Shown here: positions 1-10,800 of the stretch, piece by piece
Layout: every line of letters begins with the position of its first letter
Numbering within the stretch: position 1 is the stretch's first letter
IMG/VR virus record: IMGVR_UViG_3300008108_000057
Span: 32,001-96,000 of that record
Strand: one strand, 5' to 3'
DNA length: 64,000 bases
Origin: a virus
The notes under the pieces: generated by a model
Database searches by the model: none
What the model saw: the letters and a program-made list of their open reading frames with translations, nothing else
What the model was told of the DNA's origin: nothing
Translations under genes and position numbers: made by a program

Positions 1-1820
1 ATTACACCCCAAAATCTACGATTGCACCAGCCGCAACTATCAATTTGACATCGTATGGTGTTACGACAAGTTTATTGACTCTTCCAAAGTTTACGCAGTT
101 TATCTCAGAAGCAATTGATGGTGTCAACTATATTTTTGTAAATGATGATTCATATACAGTTTCGGTTGTTTCAGGTGAAGCAAACTTTACTGATGTGACA
201 TTAAAACAAGGAACTCCTGTAGACTATTCTTTTGTTGTTGACACCACATCAAATCCTGAATTGCTATTTGAAATTCCAGATGAAACGATAGATACAACAA
301 CATTAAAAGTTACAGTAGAAGATTCCGGAACAAACTCATTTAGCACAATATATACGCAGGCAAGTGATGTATTATTACTAGACGGAACAAGCACAGTATA
401 TTTCCTACAAGAAGGATTGAACGGAAATTATGAAATATACTTTGGTGATAATATCATAGGTAAGAAGTTAATTGATGGAAATATTGTTCGTCTAAGTTAT
501 CTTTCAACCAACGGAACCGCAGCCGCTGGTGCTAATAGTTTCATTTTGCTTGATTCTCTCACAGGGTTTTCTAATACTTCTATATTTTCAATTACACCAG
601 CAACAAATGGTGGAGAAAAAGAAAGTATTGATTCTATCAAGTTTCAAGCACCAAAGTCATACGCTGCACAAAATCGTGCAGTATCAAAAAATGATTATAT
701 CACATTAATTCAACAGAATCAATTAGGATATGCTTTTGATGCTGTTAATGTTTGGGGAGGACAAGAAAATGATCCTCCTGTATATGGACAAGTATTTGTG
801 TCAATTAAGCCTGTCGGTGCGTTTACATTTACCGATACGCAAAAAGAAAGAATTATAAAGGATGTAATTGAGCCAATTTCTATTTTAACTGTCGATCCTG
901 TTTTGGTTGACCCAGATTATACTTATTTAAATATAACAGCAAATGCTCTTTATGATCCAAGAAAAACAAACTTAACAGCAGCACAAATTAAAGATAAAAT
1001 AAAAACTGCAATAGTAAGTGTAACCAACGATACACTAGATACTTTCAACTCAACATTCTTAGCTACTGATGTAAATGATGCGATTAAATCTTCAGATCCT
1101 TCTATCATAACAAATGAGTTGTCGCTAAGAGTTCAGAAAAAGTTTTATCCTACACTAACAGTTCCTACAAGTTATAAATTGTTTTTTGGCACAAAACTTC
1201 AAAAAGGAATGTTCCAAAGTGGGGTAACAAGTTTTCCAGCAATGGATTTTAGAGATCCAGAAAATGTTTCAAACATATTGAATAACGTTTATGTTGAAGA
1301 AACTCCATCTTCTACTGGTGGTGTTGAATCTATCTCTATTTTAAATCCTGGTATTAATTATCAAAGAGCACCTAAAGTTACTATCAATGGTGATGGTTCT
1401 GGAGCAACAGCAATTTCAGAAATTAATCCTAACGGTACAATCAAGACAATACGCATAACTGCAAAAGGAAATAATTACACTAGTGCTACTGTAGTTATAA
1501 CTCCTACTGAAGGAGACACCACAGGAGCTTTAGGTGTTGGTGTAGCAAATATTGAAGGAAGATATGGTACATTACAAACATACTATTATAACTCAAACGG
1601 CGTAAAGGTTATAATAGGAACAGTAGGAACTATTGACTATGAAACAGGAATAATAGATTTAAATGCATTTGCTCCTATTGGTGTGACAAATGATTTAGGA
1701 CAACTCACCATCAGTGCTACTCCAGTTTCTACAATTATTTCATCATCATATAATAGAATAATCACGGTGGATCCTTTTGATCCAAATGCTATTACCGTAA
1801 ATTTAACAGCTAAGTCATAA
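1..1820 (+). CDS. Baseplate wedge protein, T4 gp6-like (5' partial; reading frame open from position 3)
   Basis: Frame open upstream of the track start (YTPKS...); motifs YEIYFGD, ESIDSIKFQAP..YAAQNRAVS..DY, VWGGQENDPPVYGQVF; first of the baseplate genes. Confidence 0.88.
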   Translation, partial: YTPKSTIAPAATINLTSYGVTTSLLTLPKFTQFISEAIDGVNYIFVNDDSYTVSVVSGEANFTDVTLKQGTPVDYSFVVDTTSNPELLFEIPDETIDTTTLKVTVEDSGTNSFSTIYTQASDVLLLDGTSTVYFLQEGLNGNYEIYFGDNIIGKKLIDGNIVRLSYLSTNGTAAAGANSFILLDSLTGFSNTSIFSITPATNGGEKESIDSIKFQAPKSYAAQNRAVSKNDYITLIQQNQLGYAFDAVNVWGGQENDPPVYGQVFVSIKPVGAFTFTDTQKERIIKDVIEPISILTVDPVLVDPDYTYLNITANALYDPRKTNLTAAQIKDKIKTAIVSVTNDTLDTFNSTFLATDVNDAIKSSDPSIITNELSLRVQKKFYPTLTVPTSYKLFFGTKLQKGMFQSGVTSFPAMDFRDPENVSNILNNVYVEETPSSTGGVESISILNPGINYQRAPKVTINGDGSGATAISEINPNGTIKTIRITAKGNNYTSATVVITPTEGDTTGALGVGVANIEGRYGTLQTYYYNSNGVKVIIGTVGTIDYETGIIDLNAFAPIGVTNDLGQLTISATPVSTIISSSYNRIITVDPFDPNAITVNLTAKS

Positions 1821-1822
1821 TA

Positions 1823-4654
1823 ATGGCAACAGATAAAAAGACCTCGATATTAATACCATCGCAGCTCCCTGAGTTCATCAGGGACAATCCTGACTATTCT
1901 AAATTTGTTGAGTTTCTTAAAGCATACTATGAATGGATGGAACAGAACGGTCAAGCTTTGGATCGTTCAAAAAATCTATTGAGCTATAAAGATGTTGATG
2001 AAACGACAAATGAATTTATTGATTATTTTGTTAATGATTTTCTTCCGTATTTTCCAGAAGATGCATTAATAGACAAAAGAAAAGCAATAAAAATTGCTCG
2101 TCAATTATATAAAGCAAAAGGAACACCAGCATCGTATAGTTTTCTATTCAGAGTTCTCTATGATTCTGATTTTGAATATTTCAATACATATGATTCTGTT
2201 CTTAAAGCATCTGATGGTGCTTGGTATGTTGCGAAAAGTGTTCGTTTAGCTTCTGATGATCCAAACTTTCTTGGCACAAAAAATCTTAGATTATTTGGTG
2301 AAACATCAAAAACAATCGCTACAATTGAAAATGCTGTACTAGCAAATACAAGAACAGAAATTTATATATCAAATATCTCCAGACTCTTTCAGTCAGGAGA
2401 GTTTGCAAAAATTGTTGATGCGTTCAATCAACCAGTATTGTTTAATGGTGAAGTGCTTCGTGCTAAAATCATTGGACAAATTGGTCAAATAAGAATCAAT
2501 CCAAATTTTAGAGGACAGTTATATAAAGTTGGAGATCCTGTTGTTTTTGTTGGTGGATTAAATTCAAATACTGGAATCGGAGCAACAGCAACAGTTGGTT
2601 CTGTAACACTAGGAGCAATACAAAGAATTAGTGTACTAGATGGTGGATATGGTTATAATGCAAATGGTAATACAGACATCATTTTAACAAATGCTGAAGG
2701 AGCAGCAGCAGAACCAGCAGGATTTGATCCTGCACAAAAAACTTTAGCTAATGTACGTTTAATTATTCCTACTAGCATTACTTTTTCTGCTAATGTACCT
2801 ATAGGAAACGCAGTATATTCATTCATCAGCGTAAATTCTACTGCTAATGCTAATACAACTATAGCAAATGCATTTTCAAACACAGTATCATTTTTAGCTT
2901 ATCCTATAAGTTCTGTTTCTGTTCTAAATGGTGGTGGAGGAATTAGTGCAGAAAATCAAATTGGTGTAGCAGCTATATCAACATACCCAACAAACTATAC
3001 TTCTGCACCTGGAAATTTAGGTGCATTAGGAATATTAGGTCCTATACAAATAGCACATGGTGGCACGGGTTATGTTATCAATGATGTTATTACCATTACA
3101 GGAGGTTCTGGTTATGGTGCATTTGCAAATGTAACCAACGTAGCTGCAAATGGACAAATTACTTCAGTAGATTATGTTTCTGCTGACGGTAACTATCCTT
3201 ATGGTGGAATGGGTTATAGTCTTGAAGCGTTACCTACACTTAACGTGGTATCAACTGGAGGAACTAGTGCTAACTTGTATGTTGATGGTATTTTAGGTAG
3301 AGGAGCTGATTTCGGATTAACAACTGATCGTATTGGAGCAATCACTACAATCAATACGATTAATCCAGGAGAAGATTATGTTTCTGCACCATCACTTTCT
3401 TTAAGAGTGCAAGACATTATCGTTTCAAATGTAGATTTAAATCTAATAGTTCAAACAGGAAATACAATTTTTCAAGGAGCTAATATAAACGTTGCAACTT
3501 ATGTTGCTCGTATTGATTCTTTTAGCATACTTGAACCTAATTTAAATGAAGAACTATCAAAATTTAGAGTTAGAGTATATAATTATAGCACAACACCAAA
3601 TCCTGCTTTACAATTAAAAATATCAAATCAGGACATGGTCTTAAATATTGATAATAATAATTATCCAGCAAATTATTTCTTTGCTGGAAGTCCTCAATTT
3701 ACAAGTGGAATTAGAACGTATGGTGATGGAACAGCAAAAGCAGATGCTTCATTCCTAAATGGATTAACATTCAGTCAAGGACAATACCTAGATACTAGAG
3801 GTCAGCCAAGTGCATTTAGTATTCTACAAGATGAAGATCATAATCAATTTACGTATCAAATCACTGTAGAAAAAGAAATAGCGAAATACAGAGAAACTTT
3901 ACTTAACTTGCTTCACCCGTCTGGAACTAAACTTCGTGGAAGATATGCACTCAAGTCTAATAACGAACTTGATTTGGATACAACTACATCAGCGTTCCAA
4001 GCAAAAACTTTATATTTCTACACACAAGTAGCGGCCGCTAATGCTGCAATCAGAACAGATTTTGCAAATTTAAGCAGTAATACAATTAGCTTCTATAATT
4101 TGGGTAGCGGAGTCAACATTGCAGACTTCATTTTTGCAAACAGCACGATATCATTGTCACCAACAAATGGACCAAATGTTCACTCTGAAATTACTTCAAT
4201 TAATCCAGCAACGAACACCATTACCATAGCAGCAAATACGTGGTTGACATTCCCAAATGTAGCGAATATTTCTGCGGTTTCTTCATGCACCACAATAAAT
4301 ATAGTATCACTAACTGGCACTTACAATATCATTAATAATGGTATTTACAGCAATACTGCGTATCCTTTAAAAGACATTGTATATGTAGGAGATCAGGTAA
4401 GAGTAAACGGTGCCATAAGAACAGTTTCATCTATAAACTACGAAACTGGTAATATTGTTCTTTCTTCTGCGGTCACAGCAAACGCTGGTGCAAATCTAAG
4501 TGTGTTGAGAACTTTCTCTGCTGGTGGAACTCTTGGAAATCAAGGCCAAGTAGTTATCTATGGACCAATAGGAGTACAATATAATCCAGAACTCATTACT
4601 GAATCTGGACAAACAATTACAACGGAAGACGATAGAATCATCTTATTAGGATAA
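1823..4654 (+). CDS. Baseplate wedge protein, gp7-like
   Basis: N-terminal SQLPEFIR..Y.KFVEFLKAYYEWME, LYKAKGT..S..FLFRVLY and LLHPSG motifs; lies between gp6 and gp8. Confidence 0.75.
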   Translation: MATDKKTSILIPSQLPEFIRDNPDYSKFVEFLKAYYEWMEQNGQALDRSKNLLSYKDVDETTNEFIDYFVNDFLPYFPEDALIDKRKAIKIARQLYKAKGTPASYSFLFRVLYDSDFEYFNTYDSVLKASDGAWYVAKSVRLASDDPNFLGTKNLRLFGETSKTIATIENAVLANTRTEIYISNISRLFQSGEFAKIVDAFNQPVLFNGEVLRAKIIGQIGQIRINPNFRGQLYKVGDPVVFVGGLNSNTGIGATATVGSVTLGAIQRISVLDGGYGYNANGNTDIILTNAEGAAAEPAGFDPAQKTLANVRLIIPTSITFSANVPIGNAVYSFISVNSTANANTTIANAFSNTVSFLAYPISSVSVLNGGGGISAENQIGVAAISTYPTNYTSAPGNLGALGILGPIQIAHGGTGYVINDVITITGGSGYGAFANVTNVAANGQITSVDYVSADGNYPYGGMGYSLEALPTLNVVSTGGTSANLYVDGILGRGADFGLTTDRIGAITTINTINPGEDYVSAPSLSLRVQDIIVSNVDLNLIVQTGNTIFQGANINVATYVARIDSFSILEPNLNEELSKFRVRVYNYSTTPNPALQLKISNQDMVLNIDNNNYPANYFFAGSPQFTSGIRTYGDGTAKADASFLNGLTFSQGQYLDTRGQPSAFSILQDEDHNQFTYQITVEKEIAKYRETLLNLLHPSGTKLRGRYALKSNNELDLDTTTSAFQAKTLYFYTQVAAANAAIRTDFANLSSNTISFYNLGSGVNIADFIFANSTISLSPTNGPNVHSEITSINPATNTITIAANTWLTFPNVANISAVSSCTTINIVSLTGTYNIINNGIYSNTAYPLKDIVYVGDQVRVNGAIRTVSSINYETGNIVLSSAVTANAGANLSVLRTFSAGGTLGNQGQVVIYGPIGVQYNPELITESGQTITTEDDRIILLG

Positions 4655-4657
4655 AAC

Positions 4658-6412
4658 ATGTCAACAGTAAAAATTTCGCAGCTACCAAATATTCCTGGTG
4701 GGTTAAATGCAAATACTTCAAACAGTCTATTTCTTGGGGTAGATATTCCCACAGGAATCACTGGTAAATTTACTGCAACTCAACTAGCAGATAGACTTTA
4801 TGCAAATAACATTCTAAACGTTGGAGATAATCCTATTGTTCTTCCTGATGTTGTTGCACAGTTTGCAGGAGATTCTGAAGCATATCTACAAGTTAATCTA
4901 TTGAATAGTGTAGCAAATGGTTCAGCAGATTATGTTGCAACTGCCGATGTTGGTACAGATACTACCCATTACATAGATTTAGGTATCAATAACTCAAATT
5001 ATGGTACAAGTGCATTAGATGGATATTTGGTAGTTGCTGGTGACGGAACAGGTGATCCTGGTGGTAATCTGATGCTTGGTTCTATTACATCAGGTAAACA
5101 AATTGAGTTTATTATTGGTGGATTTGAACAAGCTAACGTTGTTGCAAGAATGATTGATGATACTGGTTTTAGATTGGTGAAAAAACCTATCATTTTTGCT
5201 GACGGAACATCTCAAAATACCGCAGCAGCATCAGCAAGCTTTTCACAAGAAGCTTTTGCTACAGCAAATGTAGCAGCAGCAAATACAGTTGCCATCAATA
5301 CACTAGCAACAGCAGCGTACGGTAGAGCAAATACTGCTTCAGGTAATACTGTGGCGTTGCAAGCACAAATGTCCACAACGAATACCAATATTGCTTCAGT
5401 AAATACATTTGCTCAAGCGGCATTCAGCAAAGCAAACAATGCATTAGCAAACACCTCAGGAACATTTGCTGGAGATTTAACTGTCACTGGAAATGTTACA
5501 GTTCTAGGAACAACAAGTTCTACAGGTCCCATCACAACAGGTAATCTAATTGTAAGTGGTACTTCAACACTTACAGGCAACGTGTCAATGATTGCAAACA
5601 CCTACATGACGGGTGCTGTAACTGTCAACAGCACCATGGTTCTTGCAAACAGCAACTTTAGTGCAACAGAGGCTGCCTTTAGAATTACAGCAGCAGGAAG
5701 TTCACAAATTCCAACGCAGTCCGGTACAATGATGCAAATAACCGGTAAAGCAAACACGCCTACTAGAATACTTGTTGATTCTTTTGGTACTTCAAATGCA
5801 GCATATTCTATCATTGCTGGTAGAAGTGCCAGGGGTACGGTAAATGCGCCAACACCAACACAGAACAATGATATTCTGTTGCGTATTGCTGGCAACTCCT
5901 ATGGTACTACAGGATATGCACCATTCGGTGCAGCAAGAATTGATTTTGTTGCTACCGAAAATCAAACAGATACCGCACGTGGTTCCAGAATTTTATTCTA
6001 CAATACTCCAAATGGTTCAAATGTTGTTAATCAAATCGCTTCATTTAATGCCGATTCTGTTTATTTCACTGGTACTGTAGCACCACAAAAAGGATTCATT
6101 TATACACCGACGATGTTACAAGGTGCTCAGACAGCCTTTACAATTGATTTTTCAACAACATCATTGATTAAAGCAGAATTGGTTGCGGATTTAACTATCA
6201 CACTTTCAAATTATGTTTATGGTAAAGTAGTTGAGGTTTGGTTAACCAATACTAGCGGTAATCAGAGAACAGTTACTCATGGTTGTACAGCACTAAATTC
6301 TACTATCAATTCTACAACATTTAATATGTCGGCAACCAGTTCTGCATACTTGAGGTACTTTAGTATTGATGGAGATCAGGCAAACACATTCGTATCAGTT
6401 CAACACGCTTAA
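4658..6412 (+). CDS. Baseplate-associated fibre/structural protein
   Basis: KISQLP N-terminus; Ala/Asn-rich stalk module shared with the 25282-28595 fibre; GDLTVTGNV beta repeats. Confidence 0.6.
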   Translation: MSTVKISQLPNIPGGLNANTSNSLFLGVDIPTGITGKFTATQLADRLYANNILNVGDNPIVLPDVVAQFAGDSEAYLQVNLLNSVANGSADYVATADVGTDTTHYIDLGINNSNYGTSALDGYLVVAGDGTGDPGGNLMLGSITSGKQIEFIIGGFEQANVVARMIDDTGFRLVKKPIIFADGTSQNTAAASASFSQEAFATANVAAANTVAINTLATAAYGRANTASGNTVALQAQMSTTNTNIASVNTFAQAAFSKANNALANTSGTFAGDLTVTGNVTVLGTTSSTGPITTGNLIVSGTSTLTGNVSMIANTYMTGAVTVNSTMVLANSNFSATEAAFRITAAGSSQIPTQSGTMMQITGKANTPTRILVDSFGTSNAAYSIIAGRSARGTVNAPTPTQNNDILLRIAGNSYGTTGYAPFGAARIDFVATENQTDTARGSRILFYNTPNGSNVVNQIASFNADSVYFTGTVAPQKGFIYTPTMLQGAQTAFTIDFSTTSLIKAELVADLTITLSNYVYGKVVEVWLTNTSGNQRTVTHGCTALNSTINSTTFNMSATSSAYLRYFSIDGDQANTFVSVQHA

Positions 6413-6422
6413 TAAATAGACC

Positions 6423-7805
6423 ATGGCAAATCAAAATATAATCACATACGGTGCAAGGCTAACAGGAGTCAGAGAGCAATACTATTCTCCTGTTTCTCAG
6501 ATACTTGCTACAGACACTTTTGTGGAAACTTTTTATTGCTTTTTAGCAAAAGTTGATCCTTGGCCCAATGAAAATGTTCCTCCTATACCAACTCAAGATC
6601 AAAAAAGTCTAAAGAAAATATATAAAAATATTTTTGTTGCTAAAAAAGTAGGAACGAATAATATTTCTCCAGTAGTTGAACGAATTGATTGGGTAGCAGG
6701 AGAAACATACGATTATTATCGTGATGATGTTGATATGCTTGAGATAGATCAAAATGGATTCTTAGTAAGAAAATTTTATATCAAGAATCGTTTTGATCAA
6801 GTATTTAAATGTCTTTGGAATAATAATGATGGTGTTGTTTCAGATGAACCTTACTTTCAACCAGGTACATACACATCAAACAATTTGTATCTAGGTACTG
6901 ACGGTTACAAGTGGAAATACATGTACACCGTTGATATTGGTGCAAAACTGAAGTTTATGGATACCGTTTGGATTCCTATTCCTATTGGTAGACCAGGACC
7001 AACATCATTATATTCTCCACCATGGCAAACAACTCCTGCAGGTTCGGGAAATATTGATGTGATTAATGTTCTTGATGGTGGTTCAGGATATAATCCAGCA
7101 AACAATCCAATCACAATAACAGTTACAGGTGATGGAACAGGTGCAACAGGAACAGCAACCGTAGTCAGTAATGTCATTACTAATATTGTGGTGACTAATC
7201 CTGGTGGTAATTACACTTATTCTAATGTAACCATAACTTCAAGTCAAGGTTCTGGTGCAGCAGCTATAGCTCCTGTTTCCCCTATATCAGGACATGGAAC
7301 AGATCCAATATCAGAGTTAGGATGTTCCCGTGTAATGTTTACTATAGAATTTGATGGAAATGAAAATGGATTAATTCCTACAGATATAGATTTTCGTCAA
7401 ATTGGACTTGTAGTAAATCCATATTCACAAGGAAGTTATCCTGATGTTGCAAATTCCGAAATATTCAAAACAACCACTGATTTAGTTTTGGTAAGTGGAC
7501 TTGGAACATATCTAGCCGATGAAACTGTATATCAAGGATCTAGCTTATCAACAGCAACATTTACTGCAACAGTTTTAAGTTTTGATGATGCAACCGGTGT
7601 GCTTAGGTTGATAAATACAGTAGGAACACCAGTACCTAACTCTACAATTTTTGGAAATACGTCTGGTACCGCAAGAACAACTTTAACAATAAGTAATCCA
7701 GATTATGATATTTTTTCAGGACACATAATTTTTGTTGAGAATAGAAGCTCAATTCAAAGAAGTGTCGATGGAATAGAACAATTACGATTTGTATTAGGAT
7801 ATTAA
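6423..7805 (+). CDS. Baseplate wedge protein, gp8-like
   Basis: RIDW..G..YDYY, VFKCLWNN, DGYKWKYMYT, GHG.DP..ELG, DFRQIGL and terminal ENR..IQR..DG.EQ motifs. Confidence 0.85.
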   Translation: MANQNIITYGARLTGVREQYYSPVSQILATDTFVETFYCFLAKVDPWPNENVPPIPTQDQKSLKKIYKNIFVAKKVGTNNISPVVERIDWVAGETYDYYRDDVDMLEIDQNGFLVRKFYIKNRFDQVFKCLWNNNDGVVSDEPYFQPGTYTSNNLYLGTDGYKWKYMYTVDIGAKLKFMDTVWIPIPIGRPGPTSLYSPPWQTTPAGSGNIDVINVLDGGSGYNPANNPITITVTGDGTGATGTATVVSNVITNIVVTNPGGNYTYSNVTITSSQGSGAAAIAPVSPISGHGTDPISELGCSRVMFTIEFDGNENGLIPTDIDFRQIGLVVNPYSQGSYPDVANSEIFKTTTDLVLVSGLGTYLADETVYQGSSLSTATFTATVLSFDDATGVLRLINTVGTPVPNSTIFGNTSGTARTTLTISNPDYDIFSGHIIFVENRSSIQRSVDGIEQLRFVLGY

Positions 7806-7814
7806 GGAAAAAAA

Positions 7815-10800
7815 ATGGCCCTAAATTTTAATGTTGACCCATATTATGATGATTTTGATCCATCAAAGAATTTTCATAGAATACTTTTCAAACCAGGATA
7901 TGCTGTACAAGCAAGAGAACTAACACAATCTCAAACTATTCTGCAAAATCAAATTAGTAATTTTGCTGATGCCATTTTTAGTCAAAATACTCCAGTCTCT
8001 GGTGGAAGAGTTTCACTTAACTTTGCAGCTATAGGAAATATTGGAGCTTATTACGTAAAGCTACAAACTCAATTTTCTGGTGTTGAAATTGACGTTAATA
8101 ATTTTCTAAACAAAGATATTCAAGATGTAAATGGAATTGTTCAAGCAAGAGTTATTGCTGTAGCAGAAGGAACTTTAATTGATCCTCCTACTCTTGTTGT
8201 AACCTACTATACTGGAGCTAAATTTAAGGACGCATCTACAATTATTTGTACCGATGGATCAAATTTTTCTGCCACTACTATAGGCACAAATACATCGGCT
8301 GAAACATGCACAGGTGCATCTTCAACAGTATCAATTTCAGAGGGTATTTTTTACATCATTAATGGTTATAACACTTCAAATGTTCAGAACCCAGATGGAA
8401 CATATAACAGATATTCAATTGGTAATTTTGTAAGTGTTTTACCTCAGACAATTATTCTTGACAAGTATGCTAGTAATCCAAGTGGTCGTGTAGGACTTTC
8501 AATTACAGAAACAATTGTAGATTATATTGATGATACTTCACTTTTAGATCCTGCTGTAGGAGCATCAAATTATCAAGCACCTGGTGCAGACAGATATAAA
8601 ATTTCATTGGAATTAGTTGTATTACCTCTCACACCAGGAAATGATGATCAATTTATTGAACTTGTCAGACTTGAAAATGGTAAAATTCTAAAACAAGTTG
8701 ACGGAACAGTATATTCAGTTATTAATGATTATATTTCAAAACGCACATACGAAACAGATGGTGATTTCATCGTTAATGAGTTTAGTTTTACACCAACTGC
8801 AAATACTGTAAATCCGGATCTTTATGATTTAAAAATTAGTAAAGGATTAGCATATATTCGTGGGTACAGAGTAGAAAATCAGTCAGACATAACATTCTCT
8901 ACCCCTAGAGCAAGATCAAATAACATTATTAATAACAATCAAGTTTATGTTGATTATGGTTCTTATGTGTTAGCAAATAATGTTTCTGGTACCTTTGATA
9001 TTACTACAATGCCAAAGATTGATTTGCATTGTGTAGCAAATTCAAATATTGTTTCAACAAACTCAGTAACATATTCTGCTACTTTAATTGGTTCTGCATT
9101 CTTAAGAAATATTGATTATGAAAGTAGTGTATCAGATTCAGATACATCGTCATATTCATACAAAATGTATATTACTGATGTAAGTGCAAATACTTTAAGT
9201 GGTACAGCATTAGCAGCAGGGTCATCCCCAACAACAATTCAATTTAATGACACTAATGGAAAATTCTCTGCTGTAGCAAACGCATATTTTGGTGTTAAAA
9301 TTTCCGCATTAACTTCTGGTTATACTGATGTTAGAGAAATTGTATCGTATGATGGAACAACAAAAACAGCAACGGTCGATTCACCATTCACATTAAATCC
9401 TACAAATTCTACTCAATTTAATTTACTGTTTTCAACAACAGATATTGAGTCTTTGATTAATGTGCCAAATGGTCCTGCAACACCTACCGTTAGAACTGCA
9501 TCGGCTAACATACCGAATGCAGGAAAATTTAACGGATTGTTTACTGGTGATACAATATTATATAATCCTACTCAAGCGGAACTGCTGTTCACTGTTGGTT
9601 ATCCATACGTATCAAATATTTCTGATAGTAGCTATATTTCACAAAAAGTTTTCAGATCAAAATCTTTCACCAGCTCAGGTGGAAATTTTGTAATGACTCT
9701 ATCGCTTCCTGTTAATACTGCAAATATCAAATTTATTGGAACAGGAACATTATCGTCAGATGCCATTAAACAAAACTTTACTGTAGTTAATAAGGCAAAT
9801 AATAGACAAATTCTAGATTTTGTATCTGCTGGAAATACTGTTGTTATTTCTTCCGACCAAAAAACAGCAACATTCACAACACCTGTTTATGGTACAACAA
9901 CAGTAGATGTTATTGCTGGAGTTTCTGTAGGAAATGCTGATAACTCAACGTTAGTCTTAAAGGCAAAAAATCTTGTAGTAGGAAATACTCAGATAGTGAG
10001 TTATGCTGGTCCTACAGCGATTGTTGATGCTAATACCTATCTTGATCTGACAAATGGACAAATTTATATTAAAGAATCTGCGGTAGGAAAAACAACATCA
10101 TTATATGTTTCTGATGTTAAGAAAATTAGAAAAATTATTAGTACAAAATCGTCAGTAACAGTACCAACAACATCAATGTTGTCTGATTCTTCATATGATG
10201 TAACTAGTTTGTTCTTGCTAGACAATGGACAAAGAGATAACTATTATGATTTTTCTGCTGTTAGATTGAAACCTGGAGCTTCTAGACCACTAGGAAATCT
10301 ATTGGTTATTTTTGATTACTATGCACATACTGGAGGAGATGGATACTTTGATGTAAATTCTTATCTAACCCCAATATCTTCTTCACCAGATCAATATAGA
10401 GAAATTGGTCAATATACAAGTAAAGCGGGTATCAACTACAGACTTACTGACAGTTTAGATTTTAGACCAGTTAGACAGGCACCATCTGGTAGTGTTTCTT
10501 CGGTTCCATTTACTTTGGAATATACTGGGAATCCATCTGCACCAGACGATAGTGGTATCTTAATTCCTCAAAACCTAAGTTACTTTACACATGATTATGC
10601 ATACTACTTAGGAAGAAAAGATAAACTTGTCATAACAAAAGATAATACAATTGATATTATTCTAGGAACACCTTCTGTTAATCCTACATTCCCGGCTGAA
10701 CCTGACGGAGCACTATTGCTTGCAAAGATGACTCTTGATCCATATACAGGTTATATTCCAGGTGAAGATTCGACAACACAACAGACAAATTATAGTATAG